A stretch of DNA of 64,000 nucleotides. It comes from Mobula hypostoma. Its lineage: Eukaryota. Below the pieces are notes generated by a model that saw only the letters and a program-made list of their open reading frames with translations, searched no databases and had not been told where the DNA came from. Every line of letters begins with the position of its first letter. The stretch's first letter is position 1. Both the position numbers and the translations under genes were made by a program. Positions 26,833 to 37,486 of this stretch are shown piece after piece. The stretch covers positions 3,162,001 to 3,226,000 of the forward strand of contig NC_086108.1 of the NCBI RefSeq assembly GCF_963921235.1, read 5' to 3'.

Positions 26833-29579
26833 GTCTTGTTGTAAGAAATATTTTACATAATGCTGTGCAAAACAGTACATTGTAGTAGTTTCTGATTACT
26901 ACCTGGATTATTGCTTATCTGGAGGCCTGGGTTGGGTATCCAAACGTCTCTTAAAAGCCCCTAATGTATTCGCCTCTACCATCACATTCCAGGCATCCAC
27001 CACTCTCTGAGTAAAAAACTTACCCCTCACATCCCCCTTGAACCTACCCCCACCTCCCTCACCTTCAATGCATGCCCTCTGGTATTAGACATTTCTACCC
27101 TGGGAAACAGATACTCTCTGTTCACTCGATCTATGCTTCTCATAATCTTATAAACCTCTGTCAGATCTCCCCTCAGCCTCCGACACTCCAGAGAAAACAA
27201 CCCAAGTTTAACCAGCCTCTCATGACAGCACACGCTCTCTAAACCAGGCAGCATCCTGGTAAACCTCTTCTGCACCCTCTCCAAAGCCTCAACATCCTTC
27301 CTATAGTGGGCAACCAGAACAGTGTACAATACTCCAGATGTGGCCAAACCAGAGTTTTATAAAGTGTCGCTGTTTCTGTAACAATTTTGTTTTACCAGTC
27401 AGGGTTGTTAGCCCTGAGCTGAACCCTCCACCTCCCCCCCACCCCCCACTGAATCTGGAGGACTGGTGGACCACTCTTTGTCTGGCCTCTACCCTTTGAC
27501 CTGTTTGCCATGGGTGACCCGACCAAGAGCCAAACTCCAGCCAACGTAGCTCTCCGGATCATTGAGGCATATAACCCTCCAAACCCTACGACAAGGCTGA
27601 GGTCTTCTTCAAGGATGAATGGTGTTAGTTTAGACATTAATAATTCAAAGTCAACCACCTTGCCCTACTTTTGGCAAAATAACAAACTCGGGTATTTTTA
27701 CCTCATTTGAGTTAATTGGAATTATTTTGAAACCATTTAGTTTTTTTTTAACAATATTTTACTACGTCACAACTAAGCCTTATTTATCCTCGAGTAAGTT
27801 CCAACCTACTGGGTCTCTACTCGCGTCATCCTCACCTCACTGATATTTCAGTGGGTTTTCACTGGAACCCTGCTGACAGTAACCGAAAGTCAAGAAAAAA
27901 TGCAGGTCCTGCAAACCTAAAATGAAAACAAAAAATGCAGGTAAACCCTTCATGACCAAGAGGCGGAGGTCAAAGGCCTTCCATCAGAATTGAAACTTAG
28001 AACATTACATCTCAGTAAGGCCCTTCAGCCCACAATGCTCTGCCGACCTTTTAAACTACTCCAAGATCAATCTTATCCTTCGCTCCTGAGTAGCCCTCCA
28101 GTTTCCTATCATTCACCTGCCTATCGAAGAGTCTCTTAAATGCCCCTAATGTATCTGCCTCTGTCAGCACCAGTGTCTTCCATGAACTCACCACACTGTT
28201 AAAAAAAATCCTCCCTCTGACACCTCCTCTATACTTACCTCCAATCACCTTAAAATGATACCTCCTTGTATTATTTGACCACTCTTTGCCTCCTGCCAAT
28301 CAGCCATCTTTCCTGTAATGGCATGGGTACCAGAGGGCTGGCTGGAGATGCAGAAAAAGGCAGCTTTGGCTGTGGCTGAGGAGGAAGGACAGAAACTGGA
28401 GGACCAACTAACCCGACTGGAAGCTGCAGCGGGTGTTAGGGAGACATCCCCGCCTCTGCTCCATCAGCAGGAGATGTACCAGGGCTAAGGCAGTGAAACG
28501 GTGAGCGGTGGTCCCTGGCTGGTCACCCTGCAGCTGAGCTAAGGGCACTGTTAGAAGTGTGGCGTGCAGCAATGTGAAACTGCAAGCATCATCTTCTGGT
28601 AAATCTCATTCGGGCAAGATCCTCCCGTAAGGAAACCCATGCTGACTACAGCCTATTTTATCATGTGCCTCCAAAACCACATCCTTAACGATCAAGTCCA
28701 ACATCTTCCCAACCACTGAGGTCAGACCAACTGGCCTATCGTTTCCTTTCTTCTGCCTCTCTCTCTTCGTGATGAATGGAGTGACATTTACAATTTTCCA
28801 GTTCTCCGGAACCATGCCAGAATCAATTGATTCTTGAAAGTATTAGCCACTTCAGCCCTGGGGAAAGAAGTCTTTGGCTACCCAGTCGATGTATGCCTCT
28901 AATTACCTTCTACACCTTTCAAGTCACCTCTCCTCCTCCTTCACTCCAAAGAGAACAGCTCTAGCCCACTCAACTGTTCCTCATAAGTCATGCTCTCTAA
29001 TCCAGTGAGCGTCAGCGACAGGAGAAAACCAGTTAGCATTAAGCTGCCGAGGGGGTAGGTGTTGATCAAAAATAAGGAACCATCTCCGGTTGGGTGAAAC
29101 AAACTAATGGACTGCTTGGTCAGTGCTTCCGTGAGGGAGGTCAGAGAGACTGAATTGCAAACTTGCAACGTTCTGCACGGCCCCATCTAGAGAATGGTTT
29201 TGTGGGTTCATAATACTGGTGCTAGTTGGGTGCAAGGTGGAGATATGTCTCTATCAAAGGGGGTATAAGCTGTTCCTTCTCGATGCTAGACTGCAGATCA
29301 TCCTTAGGCAAGATGTAGTGCCTGCTTAGCCCACACCCACACCCCCAGGGTCACCTGAAGCCATGGGAGCAGGTGGTGGATGGTCGTACGAGCAGCCAGT
29401 GCAGATCACAAGTCCTGGTTATATGACCACTGATGCTAGGCAGACAATCTCTGAGGAGTATTGATAATGGCTGGGGTCACCATCCAGAAGAAGGCAATGG
29501 CAAACCACTTCGGTAGAAAAATTTGCCAAGAACAATCGTGGTCAAAAGATCATGATCGCCCACATCATATGACACAGAA

Positions 29580-30778
29580 CTTAAGGGGAAATCTTGCCTG
29601 ACAAATCTATTGGAATTCTTTGAGGAAGTAACAGGCAGGATAGACAAAGAAGAGATGTTGGTTATTTGGGCTTTCAGAAGGCCTTTGAAAAGGTGTTTGT
29701 TGCACATGAAGCTCTTAACAAGATAAGAGCCCATCGTATTTCACGAGAGGTACCATAATGAACAGAAGATTGGCTGATTGGCTGGAGGCAAAGAGTGGGA
29801 ATAAAGGGAGCCTTTTCTGGTTGGCTGCCGGTGACTAGTGGTGTGCAGCAGTGGTCATTGTTGGGAATGCTACTTTTCACTTTGTTTGTCAATAATTTGA
29901 ATGAGTTTATGGCCAAGCTTGCAAATGATACGAAGATAGGTGGAAGTCAGGTCGTATGGAGGAAGCAAGGAGTCTCCGAAAGGACTTATTGGAGGAATGG
30001 ATAAAGAAGTAATGTAGAGAAATGCATGGTCATGCACTTTGGCAGAAGTAATAAAGGCATGGACTAGTTTGTAAATGGGGAGAAGATTCAAAAATCAAAA
30101 GTGCAAAGGGACTTTGAACCCTTGTGCAGGATTCCCTAAAGGTTAACTTGCAGGTGAGTCAGTGGTAAGGAAGGCACATGCAATGCTAGCATTCAGTTCA
30201 AGACAACTAGAATACAAAAGCAAGGATATAATGCTGAGTCTGTGTAAGGCAGTGGTGAGGCCTCACTTGGAGTATTGTGAGCAGTGTTAGGCCTCTTATC
30301 TAAGAAAGGATGTGCTGGCATTGGAGAGGGTTCAGGGGAATGATCCTGGGAAAAGGGTTAATACGTGAGCAGCTTTTGATGGTTCTGCATCTGTACTTGC
30401 TGGAGTTTAGGTCAAGGGGGATGGTCATTGAAACCTATTGATTATTGAAAGCTCTGCTTAGAGTGGATGTGGAGAGGATGTTTCCTGTTGCAGGCTAATG
30501 TAGGACCGGGGGGCACCACCTCTGAATTGAGGGATGTCCATTTAGAACAGAGGTGAGGAGGAATTTCTTTAGCCATAAGGTGGGGAATCTGTGGAGGCCA
30601 AGTCATTGGGTCTATTTAAAGCAAAGTTTCATAGGAGCTTGCTCAGTCAGGGTGTCAAAGGTTACGGGGAGAAGGAAGGAAAATGGGATTGAGAGCGATA
30701 ATAAATCAGCCATGATGAAATAGCAGAGCAGAATCGATGGGCCAAATGGCCTAATTGTGCTCCTTTGTCTTATGGTCT
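29580..30778 (+). mobile_element. Degenerate CR1 3' fragment
   Basis: WLPVTSGVQQ, ANDTKIGG remnants; TCTTATGGTC tail. Confidence 0.8.
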
Positions 30779-30789
30779 AATGTAATCTG

Positions 30790-31600
30790 GAGCAAAGCAC
30801 AGGCAGAGTGCTGGAGGAACTCAGCAGCTGTGGAGGGAAATGGAGAGTTGGAATTTCAGGCCGAGACTGAGACCGAGAGCCTTCATTTGGACTGGAAAGG
30901 AGGAGTCTAGAAACCAGAAGAAGGAGGTGGAGGGGGGAAGGGCGGGTCGGAGGAGGATAAGCACGTGCTGGCAGGTGATAGGCGAGATCTGATGGAGCGG
31001 GAGAGGCAGGAGGCTGGGAGTGCGGGGACAGTGAAAGGGAATGATGTGAGAAGCTGGAGGTGATAGGTGGAAGAAGCAAAGGGCTGAAGATGGAGGAGGA
31101 ATCTCTTAGGAGAGGCCGGTAGACCTTGGGAGTAAAAGAAGGAGGTGGATGGGCAGGTGCGAAGAAGAGAGGGGATGAGAGGGGAACCAATGGAAAAAAA
31201 GAGAAGGAAGAATCCAAATCAGGTCTATTATCACCAGCATGGCGTGAAATTTGTTGTTTTGCAGCAGCAGTACAATGCAATACATAATACAAACTATAAA
31301 TTATAATTAGAACTATATACAAAAAATAGATTAAAAAAGTAGTGAAAAAGAGAGGCAAAAATATTGAGGAAGTCTTCAAGGGAGAGAGACTACTGGAGAT
31401 TGGAGAAATCGATGTTCATGCCATCAGGTTGGAAGCTACCTAGACGGAATATGAGATGTGGTTCCTCCAGCCTGCGTTTGGCCTCATCGTTGCAGCAGAA
31501 GAGGTCCCGTCAGAATGGGAATGGGAATGGGACATCACGTTCAAGTGGGCGGCCGCCAGGAGATGCTTCCTTTTGCGGTGGACAGAGCACGGAGGTGACG
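30790..31600 (-). mobile_element. Penelope-like (Neptune-type) 3' fragment
   Basis: SHSHSD...LEEPHLIFRLGSFQPDGMNIDF-like remnant at about 31400-31530; same spacer as 17850-18720. Confidence 0.7.
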
Positions 31601-32072
31601 GTGATGGGTAGGTCGAGAAGGCAAGGGATGGGGAAAGAGAAGCTGGAGTTGGCCATTCAGCCTTGAGCATGCTATTCCATTCAGTATGATCACCAATTAA
31701 TCTCTTCCTCTACACTACTTTCCTGCCCAAGCCCCACATCTCCTGATATCTGAAAATCAATTGATTGCTGTCTTCAGTGTACTCAGCAACGGTGCCTACA
31801 CAACCCATCTGAAAACTGGGTCAAGTTTACTATCATTCGCACAAGTCCATGTCTGCACAGGTGCCATGAAAAACTTCCCGGCAACAGCATCAGAGGCACC
31901 GTATTCAGGAAAAAAAAACATAGATTATACAAGCATGAGACATGATTGTACAAGAAGGAACATAATTAGAATCCAAGCAGAAGCAAAGTTAAATGTAGTG
32001 CACAGTGGTCACAGTGTTACTGTACTGATCCCTGCCCTCCAGGTGGAGAGATTTCTTCTCATCCTTGTCACA

Positions 32073-33575
32073 GAAACATAGAAAACATACAGCACAATAC
32101 AGGCCCTTCGGCCCGAACCTTAGAACCACCTAGACTTTACCCATAGCCCTCTATTTTTCTAAGCTCCATGTATCCATCCAGGAGTCTCTTAAAAGATTCT
32201 ATCATTTCCGCCTCCACCACCACCGTTGGCAGCCCATTCCATGCACTCACTACTCTCTGCGTAAAAAACTTACCCCTGACATCTCCTCTGTACCTACTCC
32301 CCGGCACCTTAAACCTGTGTCCTCTTGTGTTAGCCATTTCAGCCCTGGGAAAAAGTCTCTGACTCTCCACACGATCAATGCCCCTCATCATCTTATACAC
32401 CTCTATCAGGTCACCTCTCATCCTCCGTCGCTCCAAGGAGAAAAGGCCGAGTTTTCATAAGGCATGCTCCCCAATCCAGGCAACATCCTTGTAAATCTCC
32501 TCTGCTGTAGTGAGGCGACCAGAACTGAGCACAGTACTCCAAGTGGGGTCTGACCACGGTCTTATATAGCTGCAACATTAGCCCTCGGCTCCTAAACTCA
32601 ATTCCACGATTGATGAAGGCCAATACACCGTATGCCTTCTTAACCACAGAGTCAACTTGTGCAGCTGCTTTGAGCGTCCTATGGACTTGGACCCCAAGAT
32701 CCCTCTGATCCTCCACGCTGCCAAGAGTCTTACCATTAATACTATATTCTGCCATCATATTTGACCTACAAAATGAACCACTTCACAGTTATCTGGGTTG
32801 AACTCCATCTGCCACTTCTCAGCCCAGTTTTGCATCCTATTGATGTTCCGCTGTAACCTCTGACAGCCCTCCACACTATCTACAACACCCCCAACCTTTG
32901 TGTCAACAGCAAACTTACTAACCCATCCCTCCACTTCCTCATCCAGGTCATTCATAAAAATCACGAAGAGTAGGGGTTCCAGAACTGATCCCTGAGGCAC
33001 ACCACTGGTCACTGACCTCCATGCAGAATATGATCCGTTTACAACCACTCTTTGTCTTCTGTGGGCAAGCCAGTTCTGGATCCACAAAGCAATGTCCCCT
33101 TGGATCCCATGCCTCCTTACTTTCTCAATAAGCCTTGCATGGGGTACCTTATCAAATGCCTTGCTGAAATCCATATACACTACATCTACTGCTCTACCTT
33201 CATCAATGTGTTTAGTCACACCCTCAAAAAATTCAATCAGGCTCGTAAGGCACAACCTGCCTTTGACAAAGCCATGCTGACTATTCCTAATCATATTATA
33301 CCTCTCCAAATGTTCATAAATCCTGCCTCTCAGGATCTTCTCCATCAACTTACCAACCACTGAAGTAAGACTCACTGGTGTATAATTTCCTGGGCTATCT
33401 CTACTTCCCTCCTTGAATAAGGGAACAACATCCGCAACCCTCCAATCCTCCAGAACCTCTCCCATCCCCATTGATGATGCAAAGATCATCGCCAGAGGCT
33501 CAGCAATCTCCTCCCTCACCTCCCACAGTAGCCTGGGGTACATCTCATCCAGTCCGGGTGACTTATCCAACTTGA
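32073..33575 (-). mobile_element. 5'-truncated CR1 (same subfamily as 9222-11485 and 34121-40430)
   Basis: ORF 32755-33636 with YTPVSLTS, DFSKAFDKVPH, GVPQGSVL, FAVDTK; CTATGTTT tail at about 32075. Confidence 0.9.
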
Positions 33576-35330
33576 AAAGCCATTCTCTTATTTTGTGAAT
33601 CAGTGACCCACAGCTGCCTGTGGCAAAGAAGTCCACGGACTCACAACTGTCTGGCTAAAGAAATTCCTCCTCATCTCTGTTCTAAATGGGTGTACTTCTA
33701 TCCTGAGGCTGTGAGTCTTAGACTCCCCCACCATAGGAAACATCGTCCTCATATCCACTATTGAGGCCCTTCCATATTCACCAGGTTTCAATGAGATCCC
33801 CACTCATTCTTCTAAACTCCAGTGAGTACAGGCCCAGATATATCAAACTCACCTCGGACATTAACCCTTTTGTCCCTGAGATTATTCTCATAACCCTCCT
33901 CTGGATCCTCTCCAATGCCAGTATATCATTTCTTAGATAAGGGGCCCAAAACTGATCATAATACTCTAAGTGTGGTTTGGCCAAAGGAATTGAAGAGTCA
34001 CTTTGATGACTCTGGTAACCCCTGTACAGGATTTTGTTCACACTGTATCTGTAGAAACTGGGTTCCCATTATTTCCTTAAGGTTGTTATAGTTGGGGATA
34101 AGCTCCCACTACCTACTAAAAAAACATAGAGACATAGAAAAACCTACAACACAATACAGGCCCTTTGATCCACAATGCTATGCTGAACATGTACTTACTT
34201 TAGAAATATGTACTTACTTAGAAATTACCTAGGGTTACCCATAGCCCTTTATTTTTCTAAGCTCCATGTACTTATCCAGGAGTCTCTTAAAAAACCCTAT
34301 CGTGTCCGCCTCCACCACCGTCGCCAGCAGCCCATTCCACACACTCACCACTCCCTGTGTAAAAAACTTACCCCTGAGATCTCCTCTGTACCTACTCCCC
34401 AGCACCTTAAACCTGTGTCCTGTCATGTTAGACATTTCAGCCCTGGGAAAAAGCCTCTGACTATTCACATGATCAATGCCTCTCAACATCTTATACAACT
34501 CTATCAGGTCACCTCTCATCCTCAGTTGCTCCAAGGAGAAAAAGCCAAGTTCACTCAACCTATTCTCATAAGGCAAGCTCCCCAATCCAGGCAACATCCT
34601 TGTAAATCTCCTCTGAACACTTCCTATAGTTTCCACATCTTTCCTGTAGTGAGGTGACCAGAACTGAGCACAGTACTCCAATTGGGGTCTGACCAGGGTC
34701 CTATATACCTATATGGCTGCAATATTACCTCTCGGCTCTTAAACTCAATCCCACGATTGATGAAGGACAATGCACTGTATGCCTTCTTAACCACGGAGTC
34801 AACCTGCACGGCAGCTTTGAGCGTTCTGTGGACTCTGACCCGAAGATCCCTCTGATCCTCCACACTGCCAAGAGTCTTACAATTAATACTATATCCTACC
34901 ATCATATTTGACCTACCAAAATGAACCACCTCAAACTTATCTGTGTTGAACTCCATCTGCCACTTCTCAGCCCAGTTTTGCATCCTATCAATGCCTCGTT
35001 GTAACCTCTAACAGCCCTCCACACTATCCACAACACCCCCAAACCTTTGGGTCATCAGCAAATTTACTAACCCATCCCTCCATTTGCTCATCCAGGTCAT
35101 TTATAAAAATCACGAAGAGAAAGGATCCCAGAACAGATCCCTGAGGCAAATCACTGGTCACCGACCTCCATGCAGAATATAGCCCATCTACACTAGAACC
35201 ACTCTTTGCGTTCTGCGTGCAAGCCTGTTCTGGATCCACAAAGCAAGGACCCCTTGGATCCCATGCCTCCTAACTTTCCCAATAAGCCTTTCATGGGGTA
35301 CCATATCAAATGCCTTGCTGAAATCTATAT

Positions 35331-35541
35331 TGTGGTGATACCACGTGCAATGATGTGCCAGTACATGACTGGACAGCACTGAGCATGCGCAGAGTTTGCC
35401 AGAATGTTCCAGTGCATGGCGTGATTAAGACATGTTTGTTTATTACTGTAAGTAAAATTTCTCAAATTCTTCCAGAATAGAATTCTTTACTGTTAACCCA
35501 TGGTACGTTTAAATACAAACGTTTGTAGAAGAAATATAACA
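35331..35541 (+). repeat. 5' LTR
   Basis: TGTGGTGATACCA...GAAGAAATATAACA, homologous to 37304-37486. Confidence 0.92.
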
Positions 35542-35556
35542 TGGTGTCAGGAGTGG
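35542..35556 (+). promoter_or_regulatory. Primer binding site, tRNA-Leu-like
   Basis: TGGTGTCAGGAGTGG directly after the LTR-terminal CA; resembles the complement of the tRNA-Leu 3' end used by many fish Gypsy elements (recalled). Confidence 0.7.
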
Positions 35557-35640
35557 TTTTTGGAAGAATAATACGGGAGAATCAAGAATCGAAGATAATC
35601 AAAAAAAAAAGAAGAAAAAAGTTTGAACTGTAACGGTAAA

Positions 35641-36470
35641 ATGGAAGGTTTACAACCCCCACCAAAATTGCAGCTGACTGGCAATGTAGCAGAGAATTGG
35701 AGGATCTTCAAAGAACAGTTTGAAATATATTTATCAGCGATCAGAGCTGATAGAAAAGCAGACAAAACTAAAGCTGTGATCCTGCTCTATGTAATCGGAA
35801 CTGCCGCGCTAGAGGTATACAATAATTTTGTCTTTGAAGATGGAGATAATTTCAATTTAAAGTCGATAATGGACAGATTTGAAGTATTTTGTATACCTAA
35901 GCGTAATTTAACGTATGAACGATATAAATTCTTCACATGTGCACAAAGGGCTGCTGAAATGATTGATCAGTACATTACGGAGTGAAGAAAGTGTAGTAGA
36001 ACGTGCGAGTTTGGATTGCTCACAGACTCTCTTATTAAAGATAGACTAGTTTGTGGCATTCGAGATAATGCACTAAGAGAAGGGCTGTGGAGAGAGCAAG
36101 ATTTAAGTTTCGAAAAGCTTTCACGCTCTGCAAAGCTTCTGAGACCATAATGTTGCAGGCTGAAGAGCTTTTTGTCGAAAACTACAATGCAAGCGCCGTA
36201 AAAAAGCGCGAATATATCAAGAAATATAATAATATGTCGGCAAAACCGACAGTGAGCAAGACGGCATTTGAAAGAAAAAAGTCATGTGATCGCTGTGCAC
36301 GGGAACATCGCCCAAAATCAGTGTTTCACATATGGCAAAATTTGCTACAACTGCTGTAAGATTAATCATTGTTCACACTGTTGTAGAAGTAGAAAGAAGG
36401 AAAATAAAATGAAACAAGTAAATGCAGTGATTGAAGATGAACGTGAGGAATTTTATATAGATGTGCTTTG
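35641..36470 (+). pseudogene. gag: Degenerate Gypsy gag (premature stop at 35983-35985, frameshifts)
   Basis: MEGLQPPPKLQLTGNVAENWRIFKEQFEIYL...NLTYERYKFF...CEFGLLTDSLIKDRLVCGI, then two Zn-knuckle-like motifs (CDRCAREH; CYNCCKINHCSHCC). Confidence 0.85.
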
Positions 36471-36474
36471 TGCA

Positions 36475-37071
36475 AATGCTGACATGGGGAATATAAAAGC
36501 AGTAGCTGCAGTGTCTGAGACGACCAAACAGGAGGCAACTGATGATGTGAAAGAGCAATGGCAGGAGGAGGTTGCTTCAATGCAAGCGATAATGAGAGAG
36601 ACACTGAGAGAATATGAGATCCGGTCTCATCATCATCTAGAGCAAGTATGTTCACAGTGGGCACAGTATAAGGAAGAAGTGAAAGCACAAGTAACAGAAT
36701 TGAGAAGTTTTATTGAAATAGTGAAGTCTCAGCGTAAAAGAGAGACTACACCGTTAATGAATGAATTAAATGAAGAAAAGAAGATTTGTATTTCATTACA
36801 AATGGGAGTGGAAGGAATTAGGAAAGATACAGTCCAAACAGAAGCAGGGAAGCAGATTGCTGAGGAGGATAGCGTGAACTGCTTACCTGAAACTCCAGAT
36901 TCTAACCAGGAGGCATGTGAGAGTATACCAAAAAGTTTAGTTGAGATACATAAAGAAAAGCTTAAAGCAGAAAAGCAGAAAAAGAAGAAGCACAAGAAGG
37001 GCCATGGCCCAGATAGCGAAGAGCCAACTTCAGAGTTTCAGCTAGCTGATATAGATTTGTTTATTGGTTAA
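36475..37071 (+). other. Captured host-derived coding fragments inside the LTR element (RABEP1-like, SH3KBP1/CIN85-like, unknown K-rich segment), in frame with the gag C-terminus
   Basis: Continuous ORF 36268-37071 runs from the gag knuckle into NIKAVAAVSETTKQEATDDVKEQWQEEVASMQAIMRE (Rabaptin-like) and QVTELRSFIEIVKSQRKRE...ELNEEKKICISLQM (CIN85/CD2AP C-terminal coil-like). Similarity recalled, not searched. Confidence 0.8.
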
Positions 37072-37303
37072 TGTTGTTACTTGTTTTTCTTTTTAAGGAA
37101 AAGAAGATGTGATTCTTCAGAGATTCAGTTAACTGATGAAGACGAAACAAAACATGTAAATAATAACAAGGAAACACAAGATCTGTGTGTACCACTTAGA
37201 AGGTCTACTCATGTTCATAAACCCACAGAGAGATTGATGAGACTTGTTGAATTATGCCTTTGCTTTGATTAATGTTGTTAATTTTTTTTTAAGTAAAGGA
37301 AGA

Positions 37304-37486
37304 TGTGGTGATACCATGTGCAATGATGTGCCAATACATGATTGGACAGCACTGAGCTGCATGGGGTTTACCAGTAAGTTCCAGCACGTGGCGTAATTAA
37401 GACGTGTTTGTTTATTACTGTAAATAAAAGTTCTCTAATTCTTCCAGAATATGATTTTTTACTGTTAAAATAGAAGAAATATAACA
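37304..37486 (+). repeat. 3' LTR (28 bp shorter than the 5' LTR)
   Basis: TGTGGTGATACCA...AATAAA...GAAGAAATATAACA; preceded by a polypurine tract. Confidence 0.92.

Larger units (their letters stand above)
35331..37486 (+). mobile_element. Non-autonomous Gypsy/Ty3 LTR retrotransposon (gag only, pol replaced by host-like sequence)
   Basis: Two TG...CA direct repeats (35331-35541 and 37304-37486). PBS TGGTGTCAGGAGTGG follows the 5' LTR; purine tract AAGTAAAGGAAGA precedes the 3' LTR. Degenerate TSD TATAT/CATAC. Splits the host CR1 RT sequence. Confidence 0.92.

Noticed and set aside
28318..28488. Short plus-strand ORF with coiled-coil character (EMQKKAALAVAEEEGQKLEDQLTRLE)
   Set aside because: Under 60 aa, no recognisable family, no convincing splice context; possibly an old retroelement fragment.
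35331..37486. Functional link between the cargo (RABEP1 and CIN85/CD2AP, both in Rab5/RIN endocytic biology) and the host RIN-family gene
   Set aside because: The element is antisense, decayed and nested in a CR1, and is probably one of many dispersed copies. Nothing in the sequence supports more than coincidence.
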